Shown piece by piece: positions 8,226 to 17,086 of a stretch of 45,449 nt of DNA. Each line of letters opens with the position of its first letter. Position 1 is the stretch's first letter. The DNA lies in the NCBI GenBank assembly GCA_045603265.1, contig JAZULU010000259.1:1-45449 (forward strand). Direction: 5' to 3'. Source of the DNA: Clostridia bacterium (GTDB lineage Bacteria > Bacillota > Clostridia > Christensenellales > QALW01). The translations under genes and the position numbers were made by a program. The notes below the pieces were generated by a model. That model searched no databases. It worked only from the letters and a program-made list of their open reading frames with translations, and was not told where the DNA came from.

Positions 8226-10444
8226 AAAAACTTTTAGGCGCATTTCTTATAATTACAATGATGCTTTCACTTTTCAGCACAGTTACCTTTGCCGAAAACA
8301 CAGAGGTTTCAACTGCTGCGGAAGAAGCGACAACGGTAGGCGCAATCCGTTGGGATGCGTGGTACGGTCATACAAATAAGGGGTGGGACGTTGTTTCGCA
8401 GGTTGAAAGAAGTTTATCTCCAAGTCAGTTCCATTTTCGTGCACCGTTCTTTGCAAAAGTAACGGACGATAATAAAATAGTTATTCCTGAATATACACAG
8501 GAGATTTTCGATAGGGAAATGGAATATGCCAAGTATGCAGGTATCAGTTATTTTGCATATATCTGGTATGATGATGGCGACGAAAACAACGCCCATAATG
8601 GCATGCAAAAGGCGAGAAAATTTCATCAGGAAAGCAAATATAGAAGCGACGTTAAAATGTGTGTCGTTGATCCGCCTATACATGATAATGCACGCATTGA
8701 AATGTCAAAAATCCTTGTTTCTGACTATTATATGACGGTTTTAGACGGTCGTCCCTTAATGTATTACATTAATTCAAACGATAATTTAGCCTATATTGTT
8801 GAAAAAATTCAATATTATGAAGCACTTTGCGATGAACTGAACGTTAAAAAGCCTTACGCAGTTATTATGAATCCCTCAGCAAGCACCGCAAAAAGCAATT
8901 CCGCAGATGCAGTTTCAAAATATGCAATAGACGGTTATCAACTTTCCTATGATGAACTTTCAAAAAAAGCGGAGGAAAGATGGGATACAAGTTACACACA
9001 GTGCAAAAGTTATTTTACACAGTTTCAATTTGTACCTACCGTAACTTACGGCTGGCATCCTGAACCACGATACATAAATCCCGTTTCATGGATGAGCGTT
9101 GATAACGATTATTGGTGCGATTACGCAACGGATGTTGAATTATTAAACCATCTTGCTTATGCCTTATCATATACGCAACACCCGTCAATCAAGCCTTACA
9201 CAGAAGCAAATACCGTTATCGCATATGCTTGGAACGAGCACGACGAAGGCGGTTGGATTTGTCCTACGTTAGAGGTTGATGCAAACGGAAGACAACTTTA
9301 TAATGCAGACGGCACGCCTAAAATCAACGAAAGACGTATTAACGCCACAAAAGCCGCCATTGATTTTATTAAAAGCGGAAAACGTGTAAATGTTACTGTT
9401 GGCGGTGTTTCCAACGGCTCAAATATTTCAAAAGCATCTGATGCTATTGAGAACGTAGAAAATGTTATCAATGAAAAAGTTTTTAACGGTATCGGTGAAT
9501 TTAAGGGCGCGACGGTCGATATTGGTGCAAGCCTTACGATGAATTTCTTTGTAAGCAATTCTCTTGATATTAACGAGTTATCCGTAAAATTTACGTCCTC
9601 AAGCGGTAGAATAACAACGGCAAAAGGCGTAAAAGAAAATGATTATATTAAGTTCTCATACACGGGCATCAACCCTCAATGTATGGCGGATACCATTACC
9701 GCAGAACTTATCTATAACGGAAGAGTAGTTGAAACCATTGAAGACTACAGCGTAAAAAAGTATTGCGATAATCTTTATAATAAAACCAATACTGAATTAT
9801 CAACCATTCAATATAATGCCTTAAAACGTTTATTGGCAGACATGCTTTATTACGGCAAAACGGCACAGATTTATAAGGGTTATAACGTTGAAAACTTAGC
9901 GGATAATCTTTCATGGGTTGAAACAAACAGAAGTTCTTTTGCCATTCCCGTTGGCACAAGAATTATTTCAGGTAATGCTGACGTAAATAACAGAGTAAAA
10001 TCGGTTGGTCTTAACATGGCAAATGTTAATAGGATTTATTTCCGCCTTACTCTTACCGATGACGTTATCATAAAACTTAACGGTCAGATAATTGATAAAG
10101 AATCACTAATAAAAGAAGACGACAACGCATATGTTTTCTATTCACGCGATATCTACGCAACGGAATTTGATAAAGTGCACACCCTTGAGCTTATTAGAGA
10201 TGACGAGGTAATAAGCACCGTTCAATATAACGTTAATTCCTATATTGAAAACAAATATTCTGTTGAAAACGTGGGTGAAATCGTAAAAGCTTTAAGTCAG
10301 TACGGACTTTCAGCAAAGAATTATATGTCTGCACTTCATGGCGGCGATGATGATTTCATCTTTGGTGATGAAGATACATTCCCTGAAGTAATCATTCCTG
10401 AAGGCGATGGCGACATCACTTTCAACGATGAGGAAATATTTTAA
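8222..10444 (+). CDS. Secreted protein: GH-like N-terminal domain, then the shared ~275-aa domain, then an acidic C-terminal tail
   Basis: Signal peptide MKKLLGAFLIITMMLSLFSTVTFA/EN. Residues 38-385 (IRWDAWYG...AYAWNEHDEGGWICPT) are paralogous to the truncated CDS at 2-208. Residues 427-703 are homologous to the C-terminal domain of 238-2835. Residues 704-740 form an acidic tail homologous to the sORF at 2848-2961. The hydrolase assignment is only an inference, from a WNE(W/H).EG-like motif as in WbsX/GH99-like proteins. Confidence 0.8.
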   Translation: MKKLLGAFLIITMMLSLFSTVTFAENTEVSTAAEEATTVGAIRWDAWYGHTNKGWDVVSQVERSLSPSQFHFRAPFFAKVTDDNKIVIPEYTQEIFDREMEYAKYAGISYFAYIWYDDGDENNAHNGMQKARKFHQESKYRSDVKMCVVDPPIHDNARIEMSKILVSDYYMTVLDGRPLMYYINSNDNLAYIVEKIQYYEALCDELNVKKPYAVIMNPSASTAKSNSADAVSKYAIDGYQLSYDELSKKAEERWDTSYTQCKSYFTQFQFVPTVTYGWHPEPRYINPVSWMSVDNDYWCDYATDVELLNHLAYALSYTQHPSIKPYTEANTVIAYAWNEHDEGGWICPTLEVDANGRQLYNADGTPKINERRINATKAAIDFIKSGKRVNVTVGGVSNGSNISKASDAIENVENVINEKVFNGIGEFKGATVDIGASLTMNFFVSNSLDINELSVKFTSSSGRITTAKGVKENDYIKFSYTGINPQCMADTITAELIYNGRVVETIEDYSVKKYCDNLYNKTNTELSTIQYNALKRLLADMLYYGKTAQIYKGYNVENLADNLSWVETNRSSFAIPVGTRIISGNADVNNRVKSVGLNMANVNRIYFRLTLTDDVIIKLNGQIIDKESLIKEDDNAYVFYSRDIYATEFDKVHTLELIRDDEVISTVQYNVNSYIENKYSVENVGEIVKALSQYGLSAKNYMSALHGGDDDFIFGDEDTFPEVIIPEGDGDITFNDEEIF

Positions 10445-10452
10445 AATTTACG

Positions 10453-10510
10453 CAGAAGCAAGTTCCTTTCTTACATACCGTTGCCACGAGCTGAACGGTA
10501 TGTGCTTCTG
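10453..10510 (+). other. Long imperfect hairpin in the 3' UTR of the 740-aa gene
   Basis: cagaagca (10453-60) pairs with tgcttctg (10503-10) and cataccgtt (10474-82) pairs with aacggtatg (10494-502). That gives 17 bp in total, with a 13-nt asymmetric internal loop and an 11-nt apical loop. Confidence 0.4.
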
Positions 10511-10516
10511 ATAAAA

Positions 10517-10550
10517 CAAAAAAACAGACGAATTTTCGTCTGTTTTTTTT
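10517..10550. terminator. Bidirectional rho-independent terminator
   Basis: An A-run, then cagacga / attt / tcgtctg, then a T8 run. Confidence 0.75.
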
Positions 10551-10584
10551 GTCCACGGTAGGGAAGAATGTAGAATTTTAATAT

Positions 10585-10618
10585 AGGAAAAGCAACTATC
10601 TTTTTTGATAGTTGCTTT
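10585..10618 (-). terminator. Terminator-like hairpin downstream of the 990-aa gene
   Basis: aaagcaactatc / tttttt / gatagttgcttt forms a 12-bp stem. On the minus strand it is followed by tttcc, a weak U-tract. Confidence 0.5.
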
Positions 10619-10655
10619 AAATTTATCATTGAGTTTTTTTGTAGTGGGTAATTTG

Positions 10656-13628
10656 TTATTTTTTGAATTTGTTCATCAGATCGCCAAAGAGTGAACCGGT
10701 CGATACACCGTTTATTCTGTTTTCTGTGTTAGTTAAAAATGCAGTTGCCTCTGTTGCTTGATCTAAGGTTATACCTAAGTTAGGTAACAGAGCAATAAGT
10801 TCGTTTCTTGCATTTTCAACGTCAGCCACAATATTGTATGTTTTGGATTTTACGAATTTTAATGCTCTTTCTCTTGCGGCTTCTTCTCGTGTTGCACAAA
10901 GTTTGATCAAAGAAGTTCTTCTGAATTTTTCATCAAAATCCACCAAATGCTTTTGAACAATTCCAAGATATTTGTTCTTAACGGCAGTCTGATATTTTTC
11001 CAGATCGGCTTTATGGGATAAAAGAGTTCTTTCATAGTCCAACAAAGAGTCTGCTGTAGCGGGAACGATCATGCTCATGATATTTTGTATTTCAAGTAAT
11101 TCCTTTTTTGCAAGGGCACATTCGTCACGGGAAGATAAAACAACGCCGTCAACGGTGTTAAGACGATCCTCTTGTGATTGAATGTATTGGGTTGCAGCAA
11201 AAGCCTGGGACAATTCAATACCGATTTCAGGAAGAAGATTATTAAGTTCTTCCGTTGCTTTGTCTACGTCAGCATAGGAACAAGTAGGCGGTGCAAGGGA
11301 TTTAACCAATTTCAATGCCTTGTCTTGGGCGGCTTCCTGACGGGTTTCAGCCTTAGTGAACATACCTGTTTGTTTGAACAAAGTATCGAATTTTGCTAAA
11401 TGTTGATCTATGATTTCAATATATTTTAATTTAATATCTGTTTTAAACTCTTCCAACTGTTGGCGAACTGCAAAAAGATTTCTTTCATAACTTAACAAAC
11501 TATCTTTTGTAGGCGGCACAACGTTACACATGATTGCGTTGATTTCAGCATACTCTTTTCTGCCAAAATCGGCTTCGTCCTTTGTCTGGAACACAATACC
11601 GTCAACGGTGTTTATTTTCAAATAACATTCATGTAAGAACTGATGGGCAGTTACTGCTTCATCATATTCAATACCAACCAGTTTAACGAAGTCTTTCAAC
11701 TGATCTTTTGCCATATCCAGTGCCTCGTAAGTTGCAGGATTTATGTTTCTGACAAACTCACAACTTCTGTAAACAGCGGCCTCTTTTCTTGTTTCAAAAC
11801 GGTTGAAACCGCAGGACTTAAACATCGTATCAAAGGAAGAAAGATATTGATCAAGTTGAGAAATATATTTGAATTTTATAGGGGTTACAAAGGGCTGAAG
11901 TTTTTCTCTTATTTCTAAGATACCTTTTTCGTAGGGGAGAAGAGAATTGGCATTGGGGGCAACTGCATACTGCATAATTAAACTGATTTCTGCTAATTCT
12001 TTTCTTCCTAAAGCGGCTTCTTCACGAGTATTAAATACTACGCCGTCAACGGTGTTCAGATAGTTTTCGCATTGGAAGAGATAAGCATTTGCCGAAGTTA
12101 TCTGTTCAATGGTTAAACCGACCTCAGGCAGATAGGCGATAAGTAATTCACGGGCTTTATCCAACTCTTCGTAAGTGCTTACGGGAAGCGTTTTTACATA
12201 TTTAAGAGCCTTTTCATTACCTGCTTCTTCACGCGTCATTCCCGAACTAAAGAATCCTTCACCACGGAACTTTTTATCAAAATCTTCTAAGTGCTTGTCG
12301 ATTTTTGAAAGATATTTCTCTTTAACTTTTGTTTTCAAACTGTCAATTTGATTGCGTTTTTCTTTGAGTTCTGTTTCATAACTGACGGTTGATTCTTTTG
12401 TTGGAGGCTGGATCGTATCCATGATCTTCTGAATTTTTTTCAATTCATCTTTTGCTAAATCTGCTTCTTCACGGGTTTCAAAAACAATTTCATCAACTGT
12501 TCTGTATAACAGATCCAATTCTTCAAGACGCTGTGCAATGATAGCATTTGCTTGAACGATCAGCATACTGTCAAGTCCGATTTTTACTGCCAACGATTCC
12601 ATGTTCTTTTTGCATTTGTGGGCGTCGGCTTCAGTTTCGCCTAAGTGTTTTTCAACATAATCTACAAGAATTTCGTTTTTAATTTCAAAAACATTCATCC
12701 CTGAGAAAGCGGCAAAATTTTCAAGTTCCTTGTTTTCATCGCCGAATTTTTCAATTAAAGTTTTATAGTAATCTCTTTGATAGGGGTTTAACTGAAAAAT
12801 ATCGTTAATAAACTTGGCCTTCTTTTCTTCATCAAGATTTAAAGACATAAAGTTATTATACATTGCCTGCGCCTTTTGCACGTCGGTTTCGCTTACAACA
12901 CCGCCAATGCGTATTTTTGAATGTTTGCGTATGATAGCAAGCAAAAGTAAATGTAAATTGAAACATGAATCGTAAACGCTATCGATCATGTCTTGTCTTA
13001 AATGCTCAGAATTAAATAACTTTTCCAACTGACTTTCAGCCCTCGCACGGGAAACACAGTTACCGATAAAGTTTATGGCAGAATGTACTGCGCCCTCAGC
13101 CAAATTCATGCCTGCGGTGGTAAGTTGGTTGGACCAAGCGTTTATAGCATTTCCGCCAATGGTTGCAGAAGACCAACGGGGACGGCTTTCTTTCCTGAGT
13201 TCGCGAGCATATTCTTCATCTTCAACCTCAGAAATAATAGCGTTTGCCGTGCTGCTAAATACGTCATATGCTTCAGAAAATTCATCAAAATAGTCACCGT
13301 TAAAAGCCATTTCAACAACGGTATCTTTGTCAATGGTATAAATATCAAGACTTATAATATCTTGAAGCAACTCTTGTATGGCGCCTTCAACAGATAAGAT
13401 AAAAGCGTTAGGTGCGTTATCCAACAGATCGCTTATATCAGTAAGTTCGTCATTCATTTTTGCAAATTTTTCTCTTGCATCGGTTGCAAAATCTTTATAC
13501 TTGTTTCTGATCGTGTTATATATGTTGCGCTCAGCAGTAATATAAAAATCATGACCCAATAATTTTGTTTCGATACCGTGATCTTCATTTTCTAAAATCC
13601 ATTTTAAATCCATCCTAAACAACTCCAT
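10656..13628 (-). CDS. Orphan 990-aa cytoplasmic protein with four ~148-aa tandem repeats; function unknown
   Basis: Long uninterrupted ORF with no signal peptide or TM segment. Repeats start at aa 377, 526, 673 and 825 (TVD(G/E)(I/V)V(F/L)..(R/K)(E/D)E(A/C)), with a partial fifth at 971. Each contains a second .T(R/K).EA motif. An alternative start is the ATG at 13613 (M6), which has GGAG 9 nt upstream. Confidence 0.85.
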   Translation of the reverse strand: MELFRMDLKWILENEDHGIETKLLGHDFYITAERNIYNTIRNKYKDFATDAREKFAKMNDELTDISDLLDNAPNAFILSVEGAIQELLQDIISLDIYTIDKDTVVEMAFNGDYFDEFSEAYDVFSSTANAIISEVEDEEYARELRKESRPRWSSATIGGNAINAWSNQLTTAGMNLAEGAVHSAINFIGNCVSRARAESQLEKLFNSEHLRQDMIDSVYDSCFNLHLLLLAIIRKHSKIRIGGVVSETDVQKAQAMYNNFMSLNLDEEKKAKFINDIFQLNPYQRDYYKTLIEKFGDENKELENFAAFSGMNVFEIKNEILVDYVEKHLGETEADAHKCKKNMESLAVKIGLDSMLIVQANAIIAQRLEELDLLYRTVDEIVFETREEADLAKDELKKIQKIMDTIQPPTKESTVSYETELKEKRNQIDSLKTKVKEKYLSKIDKHLEDFDKKFRGEGFFSSGMTREEAGNEKALKYVKTLPVSTYEELDKARELLIAYLPEVGLTIEQITSANAYLFQCENYLNTVDGVVFNTREEAALGRKELAEISLIMQYAVAPNANSLLPYEKGILEIREKLQPFVTPIKFKYISQLDQYLSSFDTMFKSCGFNRFETRKEAAVYRSCEFVRNINPATYEALDMAKDQLKDFVKLVGIEYDEAVTAHQFLHECYLKINTVDGIVFQTKDEADFGRKEYAEINAIMCNVVPPTKDSLLSYERNLFAVRQQLEEFKTDIKLKYIEIIDQHLAKFDTLFKQTGMFTKAETRQEAAQDKALKLVKSLAPPTCSYADVDKATEELNNLLPEIGIELSQAFAATQYIQSQEDRLNTVDGVVLSSRDECALAKKELLEIQNIMSMIVPATADSLLDYERTLLSHKADLEKYQTAVKNKYLGIVQKHLVDFDEKFRRTSLIKLCATREEAARERALKFVKSKTYNIVADVENARNELIALLPNLGITLDQATEATAFLTNTENRINGVSTGSLFGDLMNKFKK

Positions 13629-13640
13629 TCTCTATAATAT

Positions 13641-13678
13641 AAAAAAAGTGCGCCTACCAAAGTAGACGCACAAAAAAA
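13641..13678 (-). promoter_or_regulatory. Terminator-like hairpin inside the 5' leader of the 990-aa gene (possible attenuator)
   Basis: Minus strand reads gtgcgtcta / ctttgg / taggcgcac (9 bp, one G-U) followed by T7. It ends only about 13 nt before the annotated ATG, and A/T runs flank both sides. Confidence 0.5.
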
Positions 13679-13833
13679 CGCAAACTTCGATAGTCGCCAA
13701 ACCATTTATGCAACAGTATAATACCATACCTGTCATAATGAAATTTGCATTTTTTGACAAATTTAAACAGGTATGGGAAAAAATATTCAGTTCTGGTAAT
13801 ACAATATTGCATTTTAAATGATTTGGCATACAT

Positions 13834-13862
13834 ATTGTATCATAATTAAAGTGCTTTTGCAA
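13834..13862 (-). promoter_or_regulatory. Sigma-70-type promoter for the 990-aa gene
   Basis: Minus strand has TTGCAA (13862-13857), a 17-nt spacer and TACAAT (13839-13834). This implies a ~200-nt leader. Confidence 0.5.
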
Positions 13863-13872
13863 ATATTTTTTA

Positions 13873-13905
13873 CAAAAAAAACGAAGCCTATTGCTTCGCT
13901 TTTTT
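13873..13905 (-). terminator. Terminator of the capD-vanZ operon (overlaps the vanZ-like stop codon)
   Basis: cgaagc / ctatt / gcttcg (13882-13898), flanked by an A8 run and a T6 run. Confidence 0.65.
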
Positions 13906-14364
13906 CTTTGCAAATATGAATTTTATAAGTAATACAATGGCGATACCGAGTATTGCGCCAAGTGTATCGATCAAAACGTCACGGATTTCGCAGGATCTTT
14001 CCGAAACAAAACTTTGATGAAGTTCATCACTTATGGCATAAAGTATACAACCTATAAGCGAAAACAACCAAGTGAGTTTGTTATCAAAAGTAAGCAAAAA
14101 TGCCATGAATAATGAAAGACCGAGAGCGGTGTATACAAGAAAATGTGCCGATTTCCTAACTGCAAACTGAAGATTTAAAACTATTTCGTTTTGCTTTTTT
14201 TCCGGAAGTTCCCTGAAATCTTCGCAAGTTGAAAGTACCTTTTTCGTGAAACCTTCACTTGTCGATTTTGATTCTGTGGCATTTTGAGAAGAAAAACAGA
14301 AAATTATAACCATAATCAATATGGTGAGCAACCAGAAAAAATACTTAAAAAAGGTTTTTATCAT
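13888..14364 (-). CDS. VanZ-like family membrane protein
   Basis: Four TM segments and the VanZ signature SDELHQSFVSERSCEIRDVLIDTLGAILG. It overlaps the upstream gene by 4 nt. Confidence 0.75.
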   Translation of the reverse strand: MIKTFFKYFFWLLTILIMVIIFCFSSQNATESKSTSEGFTKKVLSTCEDFRELPEKKQNEIVLNLQFAVRKSAHFLVYTALGLSLFMAFLLTFDNKLTWLFSLIGCILYAISDELHQSFVSERSCEIRDVLIDTLGAILGIAIVLLIKFIFAKKKAKQ

Positions 14365-16238
14365 ATGTTCAACAATTCCGCATTGCCCTTATATGTGGGA
14401 ACGATCTCACTTATAAGTCTGCGTGCATCGGTAGGCTCATTTTCAAGAACTATTTTTAATTCTTCCAGTTGCTTAAAGAAAATATCAACGTCCATTTCGA
14501 TGGGTTTACCGATATGTATAAGTTTGTTTTCTGTTTCGGCAAGACCTTCTTCGCTCATGAGCATTTCCTCATAAAGTTTTTCGCCGGGACGAAGACCGGT
14601 AAATTTAATATCAATATCTTTATAAGGTGTATAGCCTGAAAGGCGAATAAGATTTTCGGCAAGATCAAGAATTTTTACGGGTCTTCCCATATCAAGAACG
14701 AATATTTCGCCGCCTTTAGCATAAGCACCTGCCTGAATAACAAGGGCAACAGCCTCAGAAATAGTCATGAAATAACGGATTATTTCAGGGTGAGTAACGT
14801 AAACGGGGCCGCCTTCTTCAATCTGCTTTTTAAATAATGGAACTACGCTTCCGTTTGAACCTAAAACGTTACCGAAACGAACTGCAACAAACTCAGTCTT
14901 TGACATTTTATCAAAACTCTGTACGATCATTTCACAGATACGCTTTGTTGCACCCATAACGTTTGTGGGGTTTACTGCCTTGTCAGTTGAAATAAGTACA
15001 AAACGTTTAACACCGTATTTATCGGCAAGTTTTGCGGTTTTGTAAGTACCGAAAACGTTGTTTTTGATTGCCTCGTTAGGGGATTCTTCCATTAAAGGAA
15101 CGTGCTTATGTGCCGCCGCATGATAGATTATCTGTGGCTTATAGGTGGCAAAAATGCGCTCCATTCGCTTTTCATCACGAACAGAAGCAATAAGCGTTAC
15201 AAGATTCATTTTAGGATACTTTTTCAAAAGTTCCTGCTGAATATCGTAAGCGTTGTTCTCATAAATATCAACAATAATAAGTTGGTGGGGATTATGGCGT
15301 GCTATCTGACGGCAAAGTTCGCTTCCGATTGAGCCGCCGCCGCCGGTTACCATAACAACTTTATCTGAAACGTAATCCATTACCTTATCAAGATCAACGG
15401 CAATTGCTTTTCTTGAAAGAAGGTCTTCAATGCTGACTTCGTGGAGGTGGCTTACAGAAACCTCACCGTTAATAAACTGATACATACCCGGCAAAGTTTT
15501 AACTTTACAGCCAAGGTTTTTGCAAAGATCGGCAAGTTCCTGAACAACTTCACCACCGCAAGAGGGCATTGCAATGTAAATTTCTTTAATTGAGTATTTT
15601 TTTACAAGATCGGAAATTTTATCTCTTCCGCCCTCAACTTTTACACCTGAAATATAGGTGCCGTGTTTTGCAACGTCATCATCAACAAAGCATTTTACCG
15701 CAACTTTGATTTTATTGGTAGTTTCAATTTCGTGAAGCAGGGTAACACCTGCATCGCCTGCGCCTATGATCATAACGGGAGTGCGATCACCGTTTTTTGT
15801 GTTGACGATGATGGATTTAAGGGCAATGAACATTCTTGATGAAAATCTTGGAATCATCGTTATGGCAACAAGCAACAAAAAGAAAATAAGCACATAACTT
15901 AAGTTTGCAATTTTACCTAAACCGAATAAAAAGTGCATTTCAATTAAATGCGCGCAGGATATTAAAAACGAGGCGAGAATTAACTTCAAACCCTCCAGAG
16001 AGCCTACATAAACCGAGATATTGTTGTACAGTTTAAACACGGTAAAAAGTGCAATGGTAGATATAACGTTTACTGCAAGTGCGCATAAATACATATTTAA
16101 GAGATTGTTTTCTAAAATAAAATCAAATCCCAAACCGGCAATTACACCTATGGCGGAAGCCACCACTACTGCCAGCAGATCAATAAGTATATATGCAACT
16201 ATACCTAATCTTTTGTTAAGTAATTTCATATAAAACAC
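14361..16238 (-). CDS. Membrane-anchored nucleotide-sugar 4,6-dehydratase/epimerase (CapD/PglF/WbpM family polysaccharide biosynthesis protein)
   Basis: N-terminal TM helices, two Rossmann motifs (MIIGAGDAG; VMVTGGGGSIGSELCRQI) and the typical YHAAAHKHVPLME and ISTDKAVNPTNVMGATKR segments. Confidence 0.9.
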   Translation of the reverse strand: MFYMKLLNKRLGIVAYILIDLLAVVVASAIGVIAGLGFDFILENNLLNMYLCALAVNVISTIALFTVFKLYNNISVYVGSLEGLKLILASFLISCAHLIEMHFLFGLGKIANLSYVLIFFLLLVAITMIPRFSSRMFIALKSIIVNTKNGDRTPVMIIGAGDAGVTLLHEIETTNKIKVAVKCFVDDDVAKHGTYISGVKVEGGRDKISDLVKKYSIKEIYIAMPSCGGEVVQELADLCKNLGCKVKTLPGMYQFINGEVSVSHLHEVSIEDLLSRKAIAVDLDKVMDYVSDKVVMVTGGGGSIGSELCRQIARHNPHQLIIVDIYENNAYDIQQELLKKYPKMNLVTLIASVRDEKRMERIFATYKPQIIYHAAAHKHVPLMEESPNEAIKNNVFGTYKTAKLADKYGVKRFVLISTDKAVNPTNVMGATKRICEMIVQSFDKMSKTEFVAVRFGNVLGSNGSVVPLFKKQIEEGGPVYVTHPEIIRYFMTISEAVALVIQAGAYAKGGEIFVLDMGRPVKILDLAENLIRLSGYTPYKDIDIKFTGLRPGEKLYEEMLMSEEGLAETENKLIHIGKPIEMDVDIFFKQLEELKIVLENEPTDARRLISEIVPTYKGNAELLNI

Positions 16239-16353
16239 CTTTTTATATTATTATCCTTAGTATTGTACACTATTTGTTCATATTTGTCAATATGTGTTAC
16301 ATGGTTTAACAAAAAAACGAACGACAAAACTCGACTTATACTATAAATTATTA

Positions 16354-16382
16354 TTGCCATAATTAAAAAAGAGGTATATAAT
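16354..16382 (+). promoter_or_regulatory. Sigma-70-type promoter of the S-component-coaX-htpG operon
   Basis: TTGCCA (16354-59), a 17-nt spacer and TATAAT (16377-82). The leader to ATG 16486 is ~100 nt. Confidence 0.5.
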
Positions 16383-16485
16383 AATTATGTAAAGGCGATG
16401 ATTCAAGATCTACCGCCCGGAGGTCATTGAATAAAAAGTCTTTACAAAAAATTATAGTTTCATAAGTCATCCTAAAGGAGACAGA

Positions 16486-17082
16486 ATGGAGAGAAAAATG
16501 AAAAAAATTTCAACAAAGACATTAACACTGGGCGCCGTATTTACTGCACTGGTAATTGTATTGCAATTACTTGGAACGTATACGGCATTTTTTGGTCCCT
16601 TCTCAACGGCAGTAGCACTTATACCGATAGTTATAGGCGCGGCCATATGCGGTAAAGCAATAGGCGCATGGCTTGGCTTTGTATTTGGTATGGTGGTTCT
16701 TTTAAGTGGCGGTGCCAATTTGTTCTTGTTTTACAATGTTATCGGAACGATTATAACTGTTCTTGCAAAGGGCATTGCTTGCGGTTTTGCGGCAGGTCTT
16801 GTATATCAGTTGCTCAAAAAAGCAAACACCTTTTTTGCAGTGTTGGTTTCATCAATCGTGTGCCCTGTTGTTAACACAGGTGTTTTCTTGCTTGGATGTG
16901 CAGTTTTCTTTTTAAAGGATGCAAGCGATATTGCTATTAAAGCAGGATTACCTGAGCAAACGGGAATGGCAGTATTTTTTGCATTGGCTATGGCAAACTT
17001 TTTATTCGAACTTGGCTCTAACGTAGTATTAAGTCCCATAACAGTAAGATTACTTAACATAAAAAAGAAGGACAGAGGTTAA
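16486..17082 (+). CDS. ECF transporter S component (substrate-specific; likely pantothenate type given the coaX neighbour)
   Basis: About 200 aa with 5-6 TM helices and AGGAG 7 nt upstream. Sits immediately upstream of coaX. The PanT assignment is a context inference only. Confidence 0.65.
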   Translation: MERKMKKISTKTLTLGAVFTALVIVLQLLGTYTAFFGPFSTAVALIPIVIGAAICGKAIGAWLGFVFGMVVLLSGGANLFLFYNVIGTIITVLAKGIACGFAAGLVYQLLKKANTFFAVLVSSIVCPVVNTGVFLLGCAVFFLKDASDIAIKAGLPEQTGMAVFFALAMANFLFELGSNVVLSPITVRLLNIKKKDRG

Positions 17083-17086
17083 AAAT

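Noticed and set aside
13632-13913. 93-aa minus-strand ORF in the spacer between the vanZ-like and 990-aa genes
   Set aside because: It spans a terminator, a promoter and the leader hairpins. It has odd Cys/Phe-rich composition and no SD.
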